A stretch of 63,886 bases of DNA, filler included, from Octopus bimaculoides (GCF_001194135.2; 7 parts of 6 records of this genome joined end to end with filler, not necessarily neighbours in it), one strand, 5' to 3'; shown: positions 1 to 13,889, counted from the first letter of the whole stretch. Program-made: numbers and translations. Notes: generated from the sequence alone by a model not told the origin.

Positions 1-435
1 ATATATATAATTTATTAATAAGGGTAGAAATTGATATTACTCATTTAAAACCAGTGGTCTAGCATATTAAAAAAATCCGAAGATTAAAATCATATTACAT
101 ACAAAAATAAGAGGAATGACCAGCAAAAGTGGACTCCTATATGCTAGAAATAGATGGTGAATCATCTAACCACGACAAATATGTTCTCAGTAAAAATTTA
201 GCGACACAACAGACTGTAAAAGGGCAAGACAAATGAAAAAATACTAAATAAAAAAACGATTAGCTTACGCACCATGGTTTCACGTGTTAAAATTTACATA
301 AGTAAATATCTGCTTTGTTCAGTTACAAAAAATTAATTTTTCGATCTGCCGGTCAAAAGGTAAAGATCCAACCAGCGTGCCAACGATTCTGCCAGCTGAC
401 CGCTTTCTCATTAATAGTAATAAGGAATTCTGAGT

Positions 436-850
436 TAAGGCAGCGAGCTGGCAGAATCGTTCGCACGCCGGGGAAACGCTTAGAGGTATTTCGTCAGGCA
501 CTACGTTCTGAGTTAAAGTCCCACCGAGGTCGACCTTAATTTCAGCCTTCCGGGGACGATAAATTAAGTACCAGTCAAGCACTGGAGTCAGTGTAATCAA
601 CTACCTCCTCCCCACAAATTCCAAGCCTTGTGCCTACAATGGGAAGGATTAACAGTAATGAGGATTTCTCAGTTAAGGCGGCGAGCTGGCATAGTCGTTA
701 CTGCGCCGAGAAAATTGCTTAGCGGCATTTCTTCTGACTTTACGTTTTGAGTTCAAATGCCGCCGAGGCCGACTTTGCATTTCATATTTTTGCGGTCGAT
801 TAAATAAGTATCAGTAGAACGCTGGGATTGATGTAATCAATTCCGATTTA
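436..850 (+). mobile_element. Two tandem tRNA-derived SINE copies (family A)
   Basis: A-box-like tggcagaatcgtt, B-box-like gagttcaaat, central gtcgactttgcatttcat..cgataaattaagtacc; an inverted head fragment lies at 365-405. Confidence 0.75.
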
Positions 851-1458
851 GGAACAAGGGCAGTAGCTTTAATCGATTGCATCAACTCCGCATTTGAATG
901 GCACTTTCTTTGATAGAGACTGAAAGGATGTAAAGAATGATAATAATAATCTAGATCTGCAATATGTAATCCGATAGAAATTTTAGTGTTCTAAGAGTAT
1001 ATGTTGAGGTCCCAGGAATAGAATTGGTTTTAAATTTTTAAAATCCAATTCCCTTATTCGATCAGGAAGATTTATTCCCGTTAATTTTGAATCCAGGCAC
1101 TCTAATGATAAGGTGAAATAAGGGTGTCAACGAAATAGCCGTTGGCCACGGCTGAAGAAATTGTACCATGCTTTTGTAACTTTTAAGTGCGTATGTGATT
1201 GTGAGCAGACATAGGCGAAACAGTTCTCCCGACGGAACAGAAAGAACATCCAGGATATGATTACTGGTAGAAGACAGGGTGACAATAGTACCAGACAGAT
1301 GCACACTATATTTGAATAGACTAGAAATACATGAAACAAAAAAAATTAATTATTGAGATAAAGCATCACGCACCCTAAGTATTGAACCGGTGACCTTATG
1401 GTCATGAGTTGAAAAGGCTAATCACTTCGTGGTGTACTTTAATAAGACAGAATATTAG

Positions 1459-1905
1459 TTTCTAATTTTGGCACATGGTTGTCAATTTCCGGGGGAGGTT
1501 GTAAGTCGATTAGCTCGACCCAGAGCTCAACTGGTACTATTTTACCGACCACGAAAAGATAAAATGTAAGGTCCACGTCGACGGAATTTGAACCCAGAGC
1601 CTGAAAGACGGAAGAAATACTGCTTACCATTTTGGCCGCGGTGCTAACGATTCTGCCCGCTCGGTGCCTTACCGAGTATTAATTTTGGTTTCAAATTTTG
1701 ACCCAAGTCTAGCAGTTTCGAAGGAGATTAAGTTGATTACATTGACCCCAGTGTTCAACTGGTACTTTATTTTAACGATCCCGAAAGAATGAAAGGCCAA
1801 GTCGACCCCGGTTACATTTGAACTCAGGACATAATGTCGAGAGAAATTCTGAGAAGCATTTTTCTTTTTGCGGTCTCGATATATTATAAAATATGTCGTG
1901 CAATT
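1459..1905 (-). mobile_element. Two tandem family A SINE copies
   Basis: Reverse complement of the family A consensus seen at 436-650. Confidence 0.7.
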
Positions 1906-2558
1906 CTAACACTATTTTTTCTCAAACGGTATGGAGGGGAGGTATTAACATGGCCGCGAGTCGAGCGTATTATTGATTACAGAAAATTGTTTAAGAAGCA
2001 ATGTTTTATAGTATCAGATTCGCCGTCATTTTTCTCCTGAAATCCAATGATTAAAGTGAAAACGATAAGGCATGTTGTCTGGTTCGTTATCATTTCTAGA
2101 TATCTGAGTGGCTGCTGACGTATGTGTTTCATAATTAAATGTGAAAAGTACAAATATTTAGAGACGAAATGGGCGAAGAAGAAGGAGCCAGTTGCTGGAA
2201 GAAAAAGGCGGAAAACGTCCAAAATTAGAGAATTTAGATTAAAAGACTTCAGTGTTATTTTGATACTGCGTGTTGAGAAGGAAACGTGCAATGGCTTGCT
2301 AGAAATAACGCACAATTCTTTTGCAGAGCATAATTCAAGCAGCAGAATGATAAAAGGTATTTTATATAAGGTAATCTAACCTAAATTTTGTGTATAATGA
2401 ATGATTGAATAGTCACGGCTCTGACACATTTGACTGATGCCTATTCAAGCAGGATGAAGGATTTATACACACACACACACAGACACATACACACACACAC
2501 ACACACGCACACACACACACACACGTGCACACACACACGCACATATATATATACACAC

Positions 2559-2596
<38 letters not shown>

Positions 2597-3659
2597 GATG
2601 CATGTATACGTGACTGTCTCTGTAAACGTCTAGAATGCGTACCGCGCTGCTCAATCCTGATGCGAAGTGCTTTAATAGGCTTAAAAACAAATGCATCATT
2701 AACTCTGTTCATACCAACCCACTGAGAACATCCGATATCTATGATACCAACTGATCGAAATTAAAACCTTTCATGAAAATATGTTCAATTATGTTCTAAA
2801 CGAAGTTTAGGAATAACACAGATATTTTACTAAATCCTTCATTATATTCAATATTTATTAAACCGAAGGCAGTGGATTTGGAATGGAACTATTGTAACCA
2901 AAGGTTATAAAAACTGAAGTATTTAGACAATTTAGTTTTATCGCATTAATCACGTGAGCGCCGTACCTCCTTTTATTGGTAGGCTCATCTTTCATAATTT
3001 TCAATAATGATATCACATATTGATATATTCGGAATAGTTATAATTACTTTGAGTGTGATAGCCATCATTATCCACGTGGCTGAAAAGTGTCAGAAAATTT
3101 GGAGCCTATACATTGATAAAAATCAATTGAACGAAATTATATTATTGATTTTGTTTGACTAGATAATGAAGAAAAGTTTCATATTAAACAAAGCAACAGA
3201 AATGGAGAGAAATATTATAGGCGATAGAGTCGACACCAATAGATGTATGTTTACAGTAAGTCAAATGAAACTCCGACACAATTAAGATTCAAAATTTAAG
3301 CAACAATATCGCAGACAGAAAATGGCGTAGGACGTCTCTTTCGGTAGGAGACGTTGTTTGTTATTCCGTTAAAATAGGCTGCATTATGTTAAGTTTACAT
3401 TCTTGTTCAGGTGGATTGTGCCATTCCATCCTTCCTTTCTAGCGCTATGCACATATGGATAGATTGTTCCATATCTCTATTTGAGTTTTTATTTCTGAAT
3501 AGCGAAGTTACAGCGTTACCATAAAGAACTGGTTCCTGGAGGTGCCGTCTCATATTGGTATACACAAGCATAAACTCATGCACACACACATACATTGTAT
3601 TTGTGTGAATGTGCATGTATGTTTGTGCACATATCAATGTATATATATATATATAGTTA

Positions 3660-3930
3660 AAAAAAACAATAACAAAAAAACAAAAAGAACAACAAAGTGA
3701 GGACGTGATATGGATAGTATTATTGGACGCTCAGGAAAGGAAAGAGAGAGTGTATGACGTTTCGGGCGTAGCCCTTCGTCGGAAAGATGGAAAGTTCGGA
3801 GAATGGAAGAACGGAGAAAGAGGAAAATGGTACCGATGCCCACGAGGTTACATTATGAAAAGACCGGAAGAGGAGGTGGTGGGGAAAAGTTCTTTCTAAG
3901 ATAGGAGAGTGAAAAAGGGAGATGAATATT
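3660..3930 (-). mobile_element. PLE pseudo-LTR fragment with hammerhead-like relic (3755-3786)
   Basis: Minus strand reads ttCCGACGA-agggctacgccc-GAAACGTCa; homologous by eye to 35700-35935. Confidence 0.55.
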
Positions 3931-4376
3931 TGTGCGTGTGCGAAAGTCTGCGAGTGTGTGTGTGATAACAAAACGTGTGNNNNNNNNNNNNNNNNNNNNN
4001 NNNNNNNNNNNNNNNNNNNNNNNNNNNNNNNNNNNNNNNNNNNNNNNNNNNNNNNNNNNNNNNNNNNNNNNNNNNNNNNNNNNNNNNNNNNNNNNNNNNN
4101 NNNNNNNNNNNNNNNNNNNNNNNNNNNNNNNNNNNNNNNNNNNNNNNNNNNNNNNNNNNNNNNNNNNNNNNNNNNNNNNNNNNNNNNNNNNNNNNNNNNN
4201 NNNNNNNNNNNNNNNNNNNNNNNNNNNNNNNNNNNNNNNNNNNNNNNNNNNNNNNNNNNNNNNNNNNNNNNNNNNNNNNNNNNNNNNNNNNNNNNNNNNN
4301 NNNNNNNNNNNNNNNNNNNNNNNNNNNNNNNNNNNNNNNNNNNNNNNNNNNNNNNNNNNNNNNNNNNNNNNNNNNN

Positions 4377-5330
4377 GTGTGTTTGTGTGTATGTGTATGT
4401 TGTGTGTATGTGCGTTGCTGTGTACGTGTGTGTGCGTGCGTTTGCTATTGTATATGCGTGTGTTGTTTATGCCCATGTGTCTGTGATTGTATGCGTGTCT
4501 GTGTGAGTGTGTAGTGTTGGTGAGAAGTGTGTGTGTGTATGTGGGTGTGTGCGTGTGTGTGTATGTGTATGGATGTGCGTGTGTGTGGGGGATTGTGAGT
4601 GTTAGGTACGGGTGTGTGTGTTTATGTGTGCCTGTATGTGTGTTTCCGTGTGCGCGTGTGTGTATAGTTTTTGTGCGTGCGTGTATGTGTATATTGTGTA
4701 TGTTTTCGTGCGTGCGTGTGTGTTATGTATGTGAGTGAGTATTGTGTATGTGAGAGGTGTGTGTGCGTGTGTGCATGTGTGTATATGTGTATGTGTGCAT
4801 GTGTGTATATGTGTATGTGTGTTGTGTATGTGTGTGTGTGTGGTTTTATGTATGTGAGGGGTGTGTATGTGTGTGTTTACGTGTGTGCGTGCGTATGTGT
4901 GCCAGGTATGTGTGTTATTTTGTGTGTGCACTCCTGTGTGTATGTGTATGCGGCTGTGTATGTAGGCGTGCGCGTATATATGGGTGTGTGTGTGGGAGGT
5001 GTATGGGAGGTATGTGTGAATGGGGGTATGTATGGGTTGTCAGGTGTGTGGGAGGTATTTATGAATGGGAGTATATGTGGGTTATGTGTGCAAGGGTGTG
5101 TATGCTTGGGTGTGTGTGTGTGTGTGTGTATGTTTGCGTGATTGTTAGCGTATGTGTGTATGCGCAAGTGGGCGTGTGTATGTGCGTTTGTATAAGTGTG
5201 TGGGCGAGTCTTAGCGTGTGAGTGCATGCATATGTATTGTGTGTGTGTGGTGTGTTGGGGTGGTGTGCTTACACGTGTGTGTATGGGTGCGTGTATTTTT
5301 TGTGTGTGGGTATGTGTGCGTGTAGGTAGG
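4377..5330. repeat. ~950-bp degenerate (TG)/(TATG) tract
   Basis: Continuous TG-rich low-complexity sequence; explains the V/C/Y-rich pseudo-ORFs. Confidence 0.95.
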
Positions 5331-6717
5331 GGTGAGATAAAAAGTGGAAAAAAGTAGTGAGTGTAATAACAAGAGAATAATCGATATAATGTAAAGGGGA
5401 CGAGGGGGGGGGGAAATAAAAAAATAAAATGGAAAATAAAGTAAAGTGTTGCAGGGACGCCTTAAATTTAATGTGTACCGCGTGGTGCTCCAGAGGTAAT
5501 TCGAACCCGCACATATAGGGACACTCATCGAAGTGGCCATCAATCCACAACAAAGTACCACACTGTCATAAGAACGATATTACAGACTTACATCATGGTT
5601 TCCAGCCTGAATGCCAGCGTATATCGAAACCATTACGGAGATCCCTTAGTGGAAATTTTACTGTTCATTTATGATTTATGATTTATACTGCTTTATGCTT
5701 TTGTCTCTCTCAATGTGTTGTATAAATAGATAACTGACATAATCTAAAATTCCAACACACACACACACACTCACTCATGCATACATTCACACAGACACAT
5801 ACATACACACTCACTTACTCACATTCATATACACACATACGCACACATACACACACACATACACACACACTCATACACTGGTGTATGTATGTGTGTACGT
5901 ATGTGTGTGTATGTGTGTATGAGTGATACCTCTGTACGCATATATCAACGCCATCCGCATTGCAAACGCGTTCACCTCTACACACTATCCCACATAATGT
6001 CCTTGATATTTTTAATCATACATACAATCCAATACACACTCACACACATACTCACACACACGCACTCTAACAGACATACACACACACGCGTGCTCAAGCC
6101 CACAAGCACGTGCACACGTACGGACACACTCAAACACACGCACACGCACACACACACACGCACACACACACACACACTCGCACGCACGCACGCTCAAACA
6201 CACAGAACACACACACACACACACTGCTACATCAAACAGCAAACCAACAGTCCTGAGCCGAAGTGAAAAATTGATGAAAACCCGTGCAGGTAATTTCTGA
6301 AAAACATTGCGTCCGCTAAGACAAATCTAAGAAGACTGTTACGTATACATAACAACAAAGAGCAGCAGTTTTGAAGCTCATAAGAGCGGAGAAATGAAAG
6401 GGAATTAAATTTATATTATTTATGAAGTTTTCTTATGAACTAATAGTTTTTCTTGTCAGACGAAATACTGGCATGTATGGCGTTTAATGAGCTAGTGTAA
6501 TTAAGCCGAGGTTTAGCTGTACAATATGGCGACGTTAAAGAAATGTGAATTTGTAACTGTTAAAAAGGCAAAGAACAGAGTGGTATCCGAACATATATAC
6601 ATTCACTGATATACACACATGGGCGCGCACACATGTGCATATGCATATATATACAGAGACACGCACACGCACAGATATATACGTGTGTGTGTATGTATAC
6701 ATGTTTGTGTATGTATA

Positions 6718-6759
<42 letters not shown>

Positions 6760-7681
6760 NNNNNNNNNNNNNNNNNNNNNNNNNNNNNNNNNNNNNNNNN
6801 NNNNNNNNNNNNNNNNNNNNNNNNNNNNNNNNNNNNNNNNNNNNNNNNNNNNNNNNNNNNNNNNNNNNNNNNNNNNNNNNNNNNNNNNNNNNNNNNNNNN
6901 NNNNNNNNNNNNNNNNNNNNNNNNNNNNNNNNNNNNNNNNNNNNNNNNNNNNNNNNNNNNNNNNNNNNNNNNNNNNNNNNNNNNNNNNNNNNNNNNNNNN
7001 NNNNNNNNNNNNNNNNNNNNNNNNNNNNNNNNNNNNNNNNNNNNNNNNNNNNNNNNNNNNNNNNNNNNNNNNNNNNNNNNNNNNNNNNNNNNNNNNNNNN
7101 NNNNNNNNNNNNNNNNNNNNNNNNNNNNNNNNNNNNNNNNNNNNNNNNNNNNNNNNNNNNNNNNNNNNNNNNNNNNNNNNNNNNNNNNNNNNNNNNNNNN
7201 NNNNNNNNNNNNNNNNNNNNNNNNNNNNNNNNNNNNNNNNNNNNNNNNNNNNNNNNNNNNNNNNNNNNNNNNNNNNNNNNNNNNNNNNNNNNNNNNNNNN
7301 NNNNNNNNNNNNNNNNNNNNNNNNNNNNNNNNNNNNNNNNNNNNNNNNNNNNNNNNNNNNNNNNNNNNNNNNNNNNNNNNNNNNNNNNNNNNNNNNNNNN
7401 NNNNNNNNNNNNNNNNNNNNNNNNNNNNNNNNNNNNNNNNNNNNNNNNNNNNNNNNNNNNNNNNNNNNNNNNNNNNNNNNNNNNNNNNNNNNNNNNNNNN
7501 NNNNNNNNNNNNNNNNNNNNNNNNNNNNNNNNNNNNNNNNNNNNNNNNNNNNNNNNNNNNNNNNNNNNNNNNNNNNNNNNNNNNNNNNNNNNNNNNNNNN
7601 NNNNNNNNNNNNNNNNNNNNNNNNNNNNNNNNNNNNNNNNNNNNNNNNNNNNNNNNNNNNNNNNNNNNNNNNNNNNNNNNN

Positions 7682-7727
<46 letters not shown>

Positions 7728-7842
7728 TACAGAGGAGTGAGAGAGAGACAGAGACAGAGAGATGTATGAATTGTTTACATCATAATTCTTTCTGTGGAAA
7801 GGTCTTTTTCAGAGCAGATGAAACTATAAATAATGGCAGGGA

Positions 7843-8066
7843 AATATTTATTTCTTTATTGCCCACAGGGGAATCTAAACATAGAGGGGAAAAACAGGGA
7901 CAGACAAAGGGATTAGGTCGATTACATCGACACCAGTGCGTAACGGGTACTTATTTAATCGACCCTGAAAGGATAAAAGGTAAAGTCGACCTCGGTGGAA
8001 TTTAAACTCAGAACATAATGGCATTTTGCCTGGCGTACTAACGATTCTGCTCGATCACCGCCCTTA
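7843..8066 (-). mobile_element. Family A SINE (variant tail)
   Basis: gtacttatttaatcgaccctgaaaggataaaaggtaaagtcgacctcggtggaattt...ctaacgattctgc. Confidence 0.75.
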
Positions 8067-8289
8067 TGGCAAGGAAATATTGGGCTAGGAAGAAACTTCG
8101 GGTAGAAAAAGTTGAACGCTGCCTGTGGGACACTGCCGTTCCCTCTCTTGCTTCTTTCTCTAGGGAGAGAGAGTGGGAGAAAGAGAGAGGGAGAAACAGA
8201 GATAGAAAGAGAAAATTACGGTAAACAAATGCTTATTTATTTGTCCCCACCTATGCTCAAACCCTGTGTTTTCTGAATTGGATATTCCA

Positions 8290-8945
8290 AGTGGAATTCC
8301 ATGCTTAAGAATAGCTGATCATCAGCGTGCAATCCGTTGATCAAAATCAGTGCGAGACCTCGACATTGATATCAATAATGGTGCATCGTTCTAGGTCCGT
8401 ATTACTGAGTTTGCAATAAAATCCAGGCGCCCCGATCCCAAGAACTTTCAGAATGAGAGAACAGGAAACTATGATGGTCCTGTGGAGATCATTCGCCCTC
8501 ATCCATTTACATTATTGCCCTCAACTATGGTCACCACACAGTGTGAAATTAACTGCATCACTAGAAGCAATCCAGTGATATGTCAGCTACTGGGAGAGGC
8601 TAAAAAAGTTAAGACACTAATCCCTAGAGTGAAACCGAATAAGATATGCAGCGATATATATCTGGAAAATCCTGGAAGAACTTGCACCGACCTTTAGCAT
8701 TGAAAGTTATACGAACTGCAGAACGGGACGACCCTACATAGTAACAAAGTTCTCAAAACTGTCATCAGTATACAGTACCAGATAGGGCAACAGCCTGAGT
8801 TTCAAGGCCTCACAGCTCATGAATATCCTCCCTAAAAGCCTGCATAAAGTAGATGTGTTTTCAAAACAGTAATTGGATCTTATCTTGTCAAGAGAGTCCG
8901 GATGAACCCACCTCAGGGAAGAAATGCAGATAAGGGCGTCTTCAT
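8290..8945 (+). mobile_element. CR1/L2-group LINE, decayed RT C-terminus
   Basis: Frame-hopping translation: VLWRSFALIHLHYCPQLWSPHSVKLTASLEAIQ...YWERLKKL...RYAAIYIWKILE...NSLSFKASQLMNILPKSL. Confidence 0.8.
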
Positions 8946-9599
8946 TACCTATGAGGTGATTTTCTCATATATGCATGTTAGTATGTGTATGTACGTATGT
9001 GTATATAGACCAACACACACATGCATTTACGCATATAAATACATATACACAGTCACATGTGTGTGTGTGAGTATGTGTATGTCTGATAAATGTGTATATA
9101 TATATATATATATATNNNNNNNNNNNNNNNNNNNNNNNNNNNNNNNNNNNNNNNNNNNNNNNNNNNNNNNNNNNNNNNNNNNNNNNNNNNNNNNNNNNNN
9201 NNNNNNNNNNNNNNNNNNNNNNNNNNNNNNNNNNNNNNNNNNNNNNNNNNNNNNNNNNNNNNNNNNNNNNNNNNNNNNNNNNNNNNNNNNNNNNNNNNNN
9301 NNNNNNNNNNNNNNNNNNNNNNNNNNNNNNNNNNNNNNNNNNNNNNNNNNNNNNNNNNNNNNNNNNNNNNNNNNNNNNNNNNNNNNNNNNNNNNNNNNNN
9401 NNNNNNNNNNNNNNNNNNNNNNNNNNNNNNNNNNNNNNNNNNNNNNNNNNNNNNNNNNNNNNNNNNNNNNNNNNNNNNNNNNNNNNNNNNNNNNNNNNNN
9501 NNNNNNNNNNNNNNNNNNNNNNNNNNNNNNNNNNNNNNNNNNNNNNNNNNNNNNNNNNNNNNNNNNNNNNNNNTATATATATATATATATATATTAAGA

Positions 9600-9885
9600 G
9601 CATTGCTATACATAAAGCCTCCTAGCGTGAGGCATTTATGTATAGCAAGTTCACAGGGACGTAAACACCCAAGCATCGGTTGTCAAGCGGAGGGACAAAC
9701 ACAGATATACAAACATATACATATGTATATATATATATACGATTGGCTTCTTTCAGTTTCCGTCTACCAAATCCACTCACAAGGCTATAGTAGAAGACAC
9801 ATGCCCAAGGTGCCACGCGGTGGGACTGAACTCGGAATCATGTGGCTGGTAAGCAAGCTACTTACCATACAGCCACTCCTGCGCT
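9600..9885 (-). mobile_element. tRNA-derived SINE family B (CORE-like ttgggca motif, internal microsatellite)
   Basis: Reverse complement of ggcgcaggagtggctgt.tggtaag...caccttgggca..tgtcttctactatagcc...gacggaaactgaaagaagcc. Confidence 0.8.
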
Positions 9886-10189
9886 TATGAATAATTAATA
9901 ATTATGAATAATTTTTTTCCCTTATGAGGTTTTTCACGCTAACTACTTCATAAATTCTTATAAAGATTTTATCCTATATTTAAATTAAATATATATATAT
10001 ATATATATATATACAAACTGACACAAAGAATGAGATAGAATGATAGATAGATAGATAGATATCTTTTTATTATAGCCACACAGGGCTAAATACAGAAAAT
10101 GGACAAATTACAAAGTAGAGCTTTTGGGGGGGGGGATAATTTGGANNNNNNNNNNNNNNNNNNNNNNNNNNNNNNNNNNNNNNNNNNNN

Positions 10190-10201
10190 TTAATTAATTA
10201 A
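10190..10201. other. Assembly gap spacer TTAATTAATTAA (also 21251, 31419, 45150, 57075, 62778)
   Basis: The identical 12-mer is centred in ~100-nt N runs six times and gives stops in all six frames. Confidence 0.95.
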
Positions 10202-10245
10202 NNNNNNNNNNNNNNNNNNNNNNNNNNNNNNNNNNNNNNNNNNNN

Positions 10246-10563
10246 AAGTGTCTTCTACTATAGCCTCGGGCCGACCAAAGCCTTGTGAGTGGATTTGGTA
10301 GACGGAAACTGAAAGAAGCCCGTCGTATATATATGTATATATATGTGTGTGTGTGTGTATGTTTGTGTGTCTGCGTTTGTCCCCCAACATCGTTTGACAA
10401 CCGATGCTGGTGTGTTTACGTCCCCGTAACCTAGCGGTTCGGCAAAAGAGACCGATAGAATAAGTACTAGGCATCCAAAGAATAAGTCCTGTGGTCGATT
10501 TGCTCGACTAAAGGTGGTGCTCCAGCATGGCCGCAGTCAAATGACTGAAACAAGTAAAAGAGT
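10246..10563 (+). mobile_element. Family B SINE (head lost in gap)
   Basis: aagtgtcttctactatagcc...(ta)n(tg)n...ccagcatggccgcagtcaaatgactgaaacaagtaaaagag. Confidence 0.85.
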
Positions 10564-10982
10564 ATATATATATAATCACGCCTCTAATTGCAGAATTCTC
10601 CTTACAAAGCCGACAATTGTTTCTGTTGTCTCAACATACCTAGATAATATCAATAAAATTCATATTTCCGAAAATACACGTTAACACAACATTTTCAAGG
10701 CGACCCAAAATTAATTAAATTCAGAGTGAACTAAGGAAATATATCCAGTACACGAACGCATTCGTATTTTTGTTGTCTATTACTCTGAATATCTCTAAAT
10801 TCTTCTAAATGATATTTGGATTTACTTGCCATGGACGAGGAATTCTACAAGCATTTATTGGTGTCTAATTACTGGATATAGTTAATCAAATTCGTTTAAA
10901 ACTTAGTGTTTTATTGATATCTGTCTGGATTTTTATTCCCTTTTCTTATTATATATATATACATACATGTGTTTGTTTTTGA

Positions 10983-11017
<35 letters not shown>

Positions 11018-11094
11018 TGTGTGTGTGTGTGTGTGCGTGTGTGCGCGTGCGCGCGCGCGTGCATATATGTATATTTTTCTTCCTTTTATTTGTT

Positions 11095-11290
11095 TTAGTC
11101 ATCAGACTGCTGCGCCATCGCCTTGAAGAATTTCTGTCGAACTTATCGACCCCAGTACTTATGTTTTTGTAAAATTTCTTGTTTATTTCTTTTGATCAGT
11201 TTTGCCGAACCGCTAATGTTCCAGGGACATAAACACACCAACACTGGTTGTCAGGCAGTGGATGGGACAAATACATACACAAAGACACAC
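11095..11290 (-). mobile_element. Family B SINE 3' part
   Basis: ttagtcatcagactgc...ttttgccgaaccgcta...aaacacaccaac. Confidence 0.65.
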
Positions 11291-12201
11291 GCACGCAGGC
11301 ACACAAACACACACACAAAACAGGCACACAAAGACGCACGCACACACGCAAACACAGGTATACTGTGGAGAAAATTCTGTCTTACGGACACACCATATCT
11401 GTCCTGTGTCGCTCCCTTCCTTGGTATCGATGTTTCTAGTTCTTTAGTTGAAATCAATGGGAAATACTTAAGAGAGACAACTCTGGACAGACTTTATTAA
11501 AGATATAGCTTTAACTAGAATACAGTCAACAACATTCACTGGTTTGTTCCAGCAGACTGCCGAGGTCGTGGAAATTTCCGTATTATCAGCAGTGTTTAGG
11601 CATAAGCAGTTTAGATTAGTTAAAATATATTTGTGACGTATTTCAACGGCTAAAAGGCAAATTCACTGCCGTTACCATGAAGAAATGTTCTCTCGTATGT
11701 TAAAAAGGTGTAAAAACACCTTGTCTGTCCAGTGTCACCTCCTGTCAAGATTCCCAGACATCGATGTTTGCAGCTCTTTAGCTGTTATCAATGGGAATTG
11801 CCTGAGAGGCAACACTCTTAGGTATTTCCCATTGACTTAAATGGTAACTTAAATTTTGCTTATTCCTAAACAGTTCTTGGCGCTGATATATAACTATTTC
11901 ACTGTATTACAGTGAATTACCAAGAAACAATCGAAGGAAACAGTGAATGGATTTTATCTCTGGGAAAATAGCAAGCACAGCTTCAACATAATTTATTCAT
12001 TAACTTTTCATCCAATATGCAAGCGCAAATCAAATAAGAGTTCGACACACCAGACAGAAAAATACAATACATAATTACATGAGACGTCTAAACTAGACAC
12101 GGGCAGTGAATATTTTCTGCGGAACTGCAAATATCTTCCAGGAGTTTTTCATAAAGACTACTATCTCATCAGTTTTCAAGAACCAGGCAAGAATGATTTG
12201 T

Positions 12202-12412
<211 letters not shown>

Positions 12413-12939
12413 TCCGACGTTTTTCCAAACACTGATAAAATTTATCCGGGAAAGCACGAGAGATGAACAACTGCATAAAAGAAAATGAAACTAGGTTATT
12501 GAAATGCATCATGGGAAATTCACATCCCATAGTAATTATCTGAAAAAAACCATGTCAACAACAAAATTGGTAAATAAATTAATAAAATCTAATTTTATCC
12601 AGTAAGCAAGACATCAAATATTGCTGACTTTTGAAAATAAAATCCCAGAATAATTTGAATAGCGTTGGGCAGAATAGATTTTTGTTTCAGTAATGATATA
12701 AAAGCAAAAGAGAAAACACGTAAAGCTATAATGCATATTCACGCTTCTTGATGCTGAACATAAAGGAATTCGGTCCGAGAGTTCGTCTTCCACAATTTTG
12801 TTGACAAATAATGATATAAGACCAAAATTACAATATTATACCGTAATAAAATAAATACTAAGTATCGCTATTGAATCAATCTACATGAAACGTATATACG
12901 AAATGCTGGCACTCCAATCGATAATAAACTAAAATTATA

Positions 12940-13817
12940 TTGGGTCATCCCATAAATAATAAAGTTATTTTAATTCCATGAACTAAAAGTCGGAAAGGTA
13001 CGGGATAGACCACCTACATCAACTTGCTATAAAAGCAGGTAGTAATTTTACCTTAACCTCCTTCTTAGTGCAAGTTTTGAATAGAGCAGTTCGATTCTAA
13101 CAGTTATTTCAAAGCTTTAATGGGAGTGACAAAGGAGCATATTCGAATCATAGGTATTCCAGTTCATATTCGGTATATTTTGCTTTCTGAGTTCAATAAA
13201 GGCAACAATGCAACGTTAAGTGCGAAGAATATTAATGAAGTATATAGGGATCAGACAATAAGCGTAAGCCAGTGTCAACGATGGTTCCAGAAATTCCGAG
13301 CCGGAAACTACAGCCTGGAAGACGAGCTTCGTCCTGGGAGATCTGTAGAGCTCGCCGAGGACGTCCTGCAATTCCTGATGGAACAAAATCTCATCGTAAA
13401 TGTTGAGAAACTAGCAGAGAAGTTTGGATTTGGTCATTCAACCAGTGATTCAAGTCAGCGCTTAAAGAAAAATGACCATCTTTGGTTTCAAGACGAAAAG
13501 TATTCTTCCATCAGGATAATATTCGGCCACATACAGCAAGTATAACATTCAAAAGGCTGGAGCTGTTTGAATGGCAAACAATGCCCCACCCACCACATTT
13601 GCCGAACATTGCCCCACCTGGTTATCATTNNNNNNNNNNNNNNNNNNNNNNNNNAAGTGAATTTTGGAGGAGGGACCTTGCAAGTCTACCAGATAGATTG
13701 AAGTGCATTGTAGAGAATAAAAGAGAGTGTATTCTAGGTTAAAATAGAACTTTGTTTACCGTAATTTTGAAAAATAAAAGAAATATAAAAAGCCGCATTA
13801 TTTATGAGATGATCCAA
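12940..13817 (+). mobile_element. Mariner (DD34D) transposon, internally deleted
   Basis: TIRs ttgggtcatcccataaataat / attatttatgagatgatccaa, TA on both flanks; HTH region ISVSQCQRWFQKFRAGNYSLEDELRPGR; catalytic region HQDNIRPH and PHPPHLPNIAPPGYH (=PHPPYSPDLAPSDYH). Confidence 0.92.
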
Positions 13818-13889
13818 TACATGAAGGTGCAAACGTGAACAGAGGGGCAGGTGTAGGTGTGAACAGAGGCGCAGGCATGAACGGAGAGG

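Noticed and set aside
1148-1232. CUGAAGA...GAAAC hammerhead-like spacing
   Set aside because: Stems I and II do not pair.
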